DNA from: Phoronis australis
Taxonomy: Eukaryota; Animalia; Phoronida
Assembly (NCBI GenBank): GCA_002633005.1
Contig: NMRA01000612.1
Span: 1 to 64,000 of the forward strand
Direction of reading: 5' to 3'
Length of the DNA: 64,000 bases
Shown: positions 61,101-64,000 of the stretch, one piece after another
Position numbering within the stretch: position 1 is the first letter of the stretch
Layout: the number at the start of each line of letters is the position of its first letter
Notes under the pieces: generated by a model
What the model saw: only the letters and a program-made list of their open reading frames with translations
Database searches by the model: none
What the model was told of the DNA's origin: nothing
Translations under genes and position numbers: made by a program

Positions 61101-64000
61101 CTACCAGCAAGCCAAACTGCCCAAAAGGCAAAGCTCAGTCTCGATCATGAGTGGTGGTGGGTGACTACGTTTTGCGTCTTCTGAAACAGTTACACAAGGG
61201 TTCTGAAGACTATATAATGGGCTAACACAAGGACTCTGAAGACTAGAATAGGCTATCTTGATACAGCTCGCACCTGGAACACAAAATTGTCGTCTGCTTC
61301 TGTAGTGTCCACGTTGCACAACAGGTGACGCTTCTAAAATGTCTTGGGGAGAAGTTGAAAATACTGAGATTTTTATTCGTCTTCAGAGGCCATATTTAAG
61401 ACGCTTGTCGGAGGGGGTGGGGAGGGGGGGGGGTGTCAGTCAGTACGCGTGTTTCAACGAGGGATTTTGAAAAAGCCCAAGGCACCGCACCCTTTCAAAG
61501 TGCATGACCCCAACTAATCAATAAAGTAAACTTTCTTCAAACTGGTCACAAAGGTGAATCTTTACCTTACGCCTTATTTTCCTCTCGAAATAGCCGAAAT
61601 TAGAACAGACGTTTCCGAAATAATTTTTTTTTCTACTCAGCTGGAAAGAGATGGTAGTTCTCCCAATATATATCCGGATTTCGCGGCACGCGGTATAGGA
61701 TTTTTTTACGTGACTTGTATCACACATATATAGAGTAATTTTGGCAGTACGTCTTTTTGCACCCTAATAAAGAAAGTGAATTTCATAAAAATACTCCTCT
61801 TATATGGTCAAACTCGTACCCTAAACGGAAAACAGTTTTAGAAAAAGTCTAACGCGTCCGGGGTTTGTCCCCAAGCAGCAAAGTTCAAACACCTACACGG
61901 AGATGCGAAATTAGGGCGAGGCGGCAGTGGTGTTGATAGGCTACAGGGAATCTGAAATTTGGGTTCACAAGGTGGGTAAAATNCCCCCCCCCGCTGCCCC
62001 CATTATGTTTTCCGTCCTACAGGCCTGTACAGTAACATGCACTGCGTGTAGTAGTTGTTCTTGTAAGGTCGATTAGGAAGCCAAGATTAGAGGGCCACAC
62101 ACTGAAAGCGGATCTCACTGAAATTACGGTTTTGGTACCTTAAAAGCATGGTACCCGCTTTTTTATATCATTTGAAACATAAATTTAGATCTCCGTCATT
62201 GCTTCCTCTTCCGGTGCAAGTAATCGGCTGTGCAAAGTGCATAACTATGATAACTGGGCTAGTCTCGTACTAGTCCTTGTTTCAAGACCTCCCAAAGATG
62301 GGTCACATTTTTAAAGTAGCCGGGTATAAGACTATTGAATAGTTTACTTTCCTCACATGTCAAGTAGTTGGAGCTTTGGGGCGCAATTTTTATTTTTGAA
62401 TGGTCGCATTTTTCGAGGGTTAGCACCCTCACCCATGTATATCAGTGGAACACCCTGGTCACTAGGACATCCGTTTCCAGCTGAACGTTATGTTCAAGCA
62501 TAAGCTATTTATGGTTAAAGTATGTATTTGTCGCCTTTAACCAGTCTAAACACTATCAGAAAAAAGTTTTTGTGAACAGCTAAAATTTTCGTTTTTTTAT
62601 TCCAGTGGCATTTTTCTTTTCAAGCAAGTCTGGATTTGTAGAAATTGTCTATTCAAATGTGCTTCATGATCCATGCAGCTTATTTTTTTTCTTCGTTTTC
62701 CTATTCAAGATTATTTCTCGATATTTCGTGTTAAACATGAAATATTACAATGCCCGATTATTCATTTAGCTGTAGCTTTGGACCTTCGTCGCACTAGGTA
62801 GAGGTCCCGCGCCGTAATCACAGTGCCTCCTCAAAAGTTATGTCCAGAGGCAGGGGCAGCTCGAAAACTGTGGTCACTATGGAGTTGAGATTTAGATCGA
62901 TAACTGCGGCGAACAAGGGGTAGCCCCTAGGTGTGGAGAAACTCTTACGACCGGGCACAATTCAGGTCATTAGATCTATGTACTTTAACAGCATGGTCTC
63001 GATGCAAGACTTTTAACTCGGCACCTGGCAGAAAAAAATATCACTCATAGGCTTTTTTGGAAGTTTTCGTCCACCAGTTGAAAGTCTTTGAAAATTTCTT
63101 GGCTTCTTTTTTTTCGGTTTTTGCCATTTTAGCGTAGACACCTCGGTCGTAGTCTAATCTCGGTACTCGAATTGAAATCAAAATTATTTATGGTTTTAAG
63201 TTCTACTTTAGTACGAGCTCAAGTTAAGTGTCGAATTTTGTGTGCTCGTTTGTCTTTTCCAAGTTCGCACTTGATGACCCCTAGATTAGAGTAAAAACTA
63301 CAAATTTCGAATAAAAACGCGAGATTTCGAGTTCACGGCTAGAGCAAACTAAGATTAGTAAACCATGATACACTCTGGCAGGACTTATTTTGTGTTTGCA
63401 CGTAGAACGTAAAATGTTAAAAAATAATTTCGAGTACAAAGATTGGACCCCGGATAATGAAGTACATTTCTTGGAAATGTGCAACTTCAACCCCGAAAAC
63501 TCTATTCATGTTCATTGTTAAACATTTTAGTCATTTCCCGTGTTGGCGTTTGGTCAGCAGGATTCTTTCCAATTGACTGTTTTAATAGAAACCTAGTCAA
63601 TTGCAAAGGTAATGAACTTTAACTAATGCCCTTAAATAAAAGCAAGGACCAATTACTTATAAGTTAAAGTACCAGTGAAAAATGAATCGTGAATATGATT
63701 GCTCTCACATGGTGCAGCTACTCTGTATAAAGCAAAAACTGGATTCCACATTTTTGTTCAAAGATCAGTCAGTACAGCAGTATATTATTTGGACTAGTTA
63801 CATCTTTAAGAACCCTGTCTTAGGCGAGCCATTGTTATATGCTATGACACCAAATGACGCCATGTCGTAGTTCCATGGAACACCTATTTTGGATAATTCT
63901 CAAATACAGTTTCAATAAATAAATACAAATGCCGATAAGAATTGAATTCGATCGTCCATTGAGGGATTGCTTTCTTCCTAATATCCATCGTGTGATCATG

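Noticed and set aside
59000-64000. Short ORFs in the right flank
   Set aside because: No recognisable domains or consistent exon chains; appears to be intergenic or repeat-derived

Overview
AT-rich eukaryotic (invertebrate animal) genomic DNA from a draft assembly with N-gaps; not prokaryotic, and no CRISPR, rRNA or tRNA genes were found. Two large multi-exon genes lie tail-to-tail. On the + strand is exportin-6 (XPO6): ATG exon at 4258-4260 to stop at 31774, 22 exons readable, with one conserved exon absent and probably inside the 12057-12400 gap. On the - strand is meiosis inhibitor protein 1 (MEI1): 23 coding exons from 56116 to 32872, 1200 aa. All introns traced are GT-AG with consistent phases. 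Introns and flanks hold many non-autonomous DNA transposons (MULE-, hAT-, Harbinger- and Kolobok-like), decayed LINEs, a tRNA-derived SINE and minisatellites. The most unusual observations: (1) both splice sites of one XPO6 exon are amplified in tandem arrays in which most duplicated donors, and one of three duplicated acceptors, are disabled; (2) an intronic repeat element carries 11 co-oriented CTCF-consensus-like motifs at about 136-161 bp spacing; (3) a foldback element is built from two inverted THAP-gene 5' ends; (4) candidate interleaved poly(A) signals lie between XPO6 and MEI1. Gene identities come from my recollection of the vertebrate proteins, not from a database search. No clearly novel biological system can be proven from the sequence alone.
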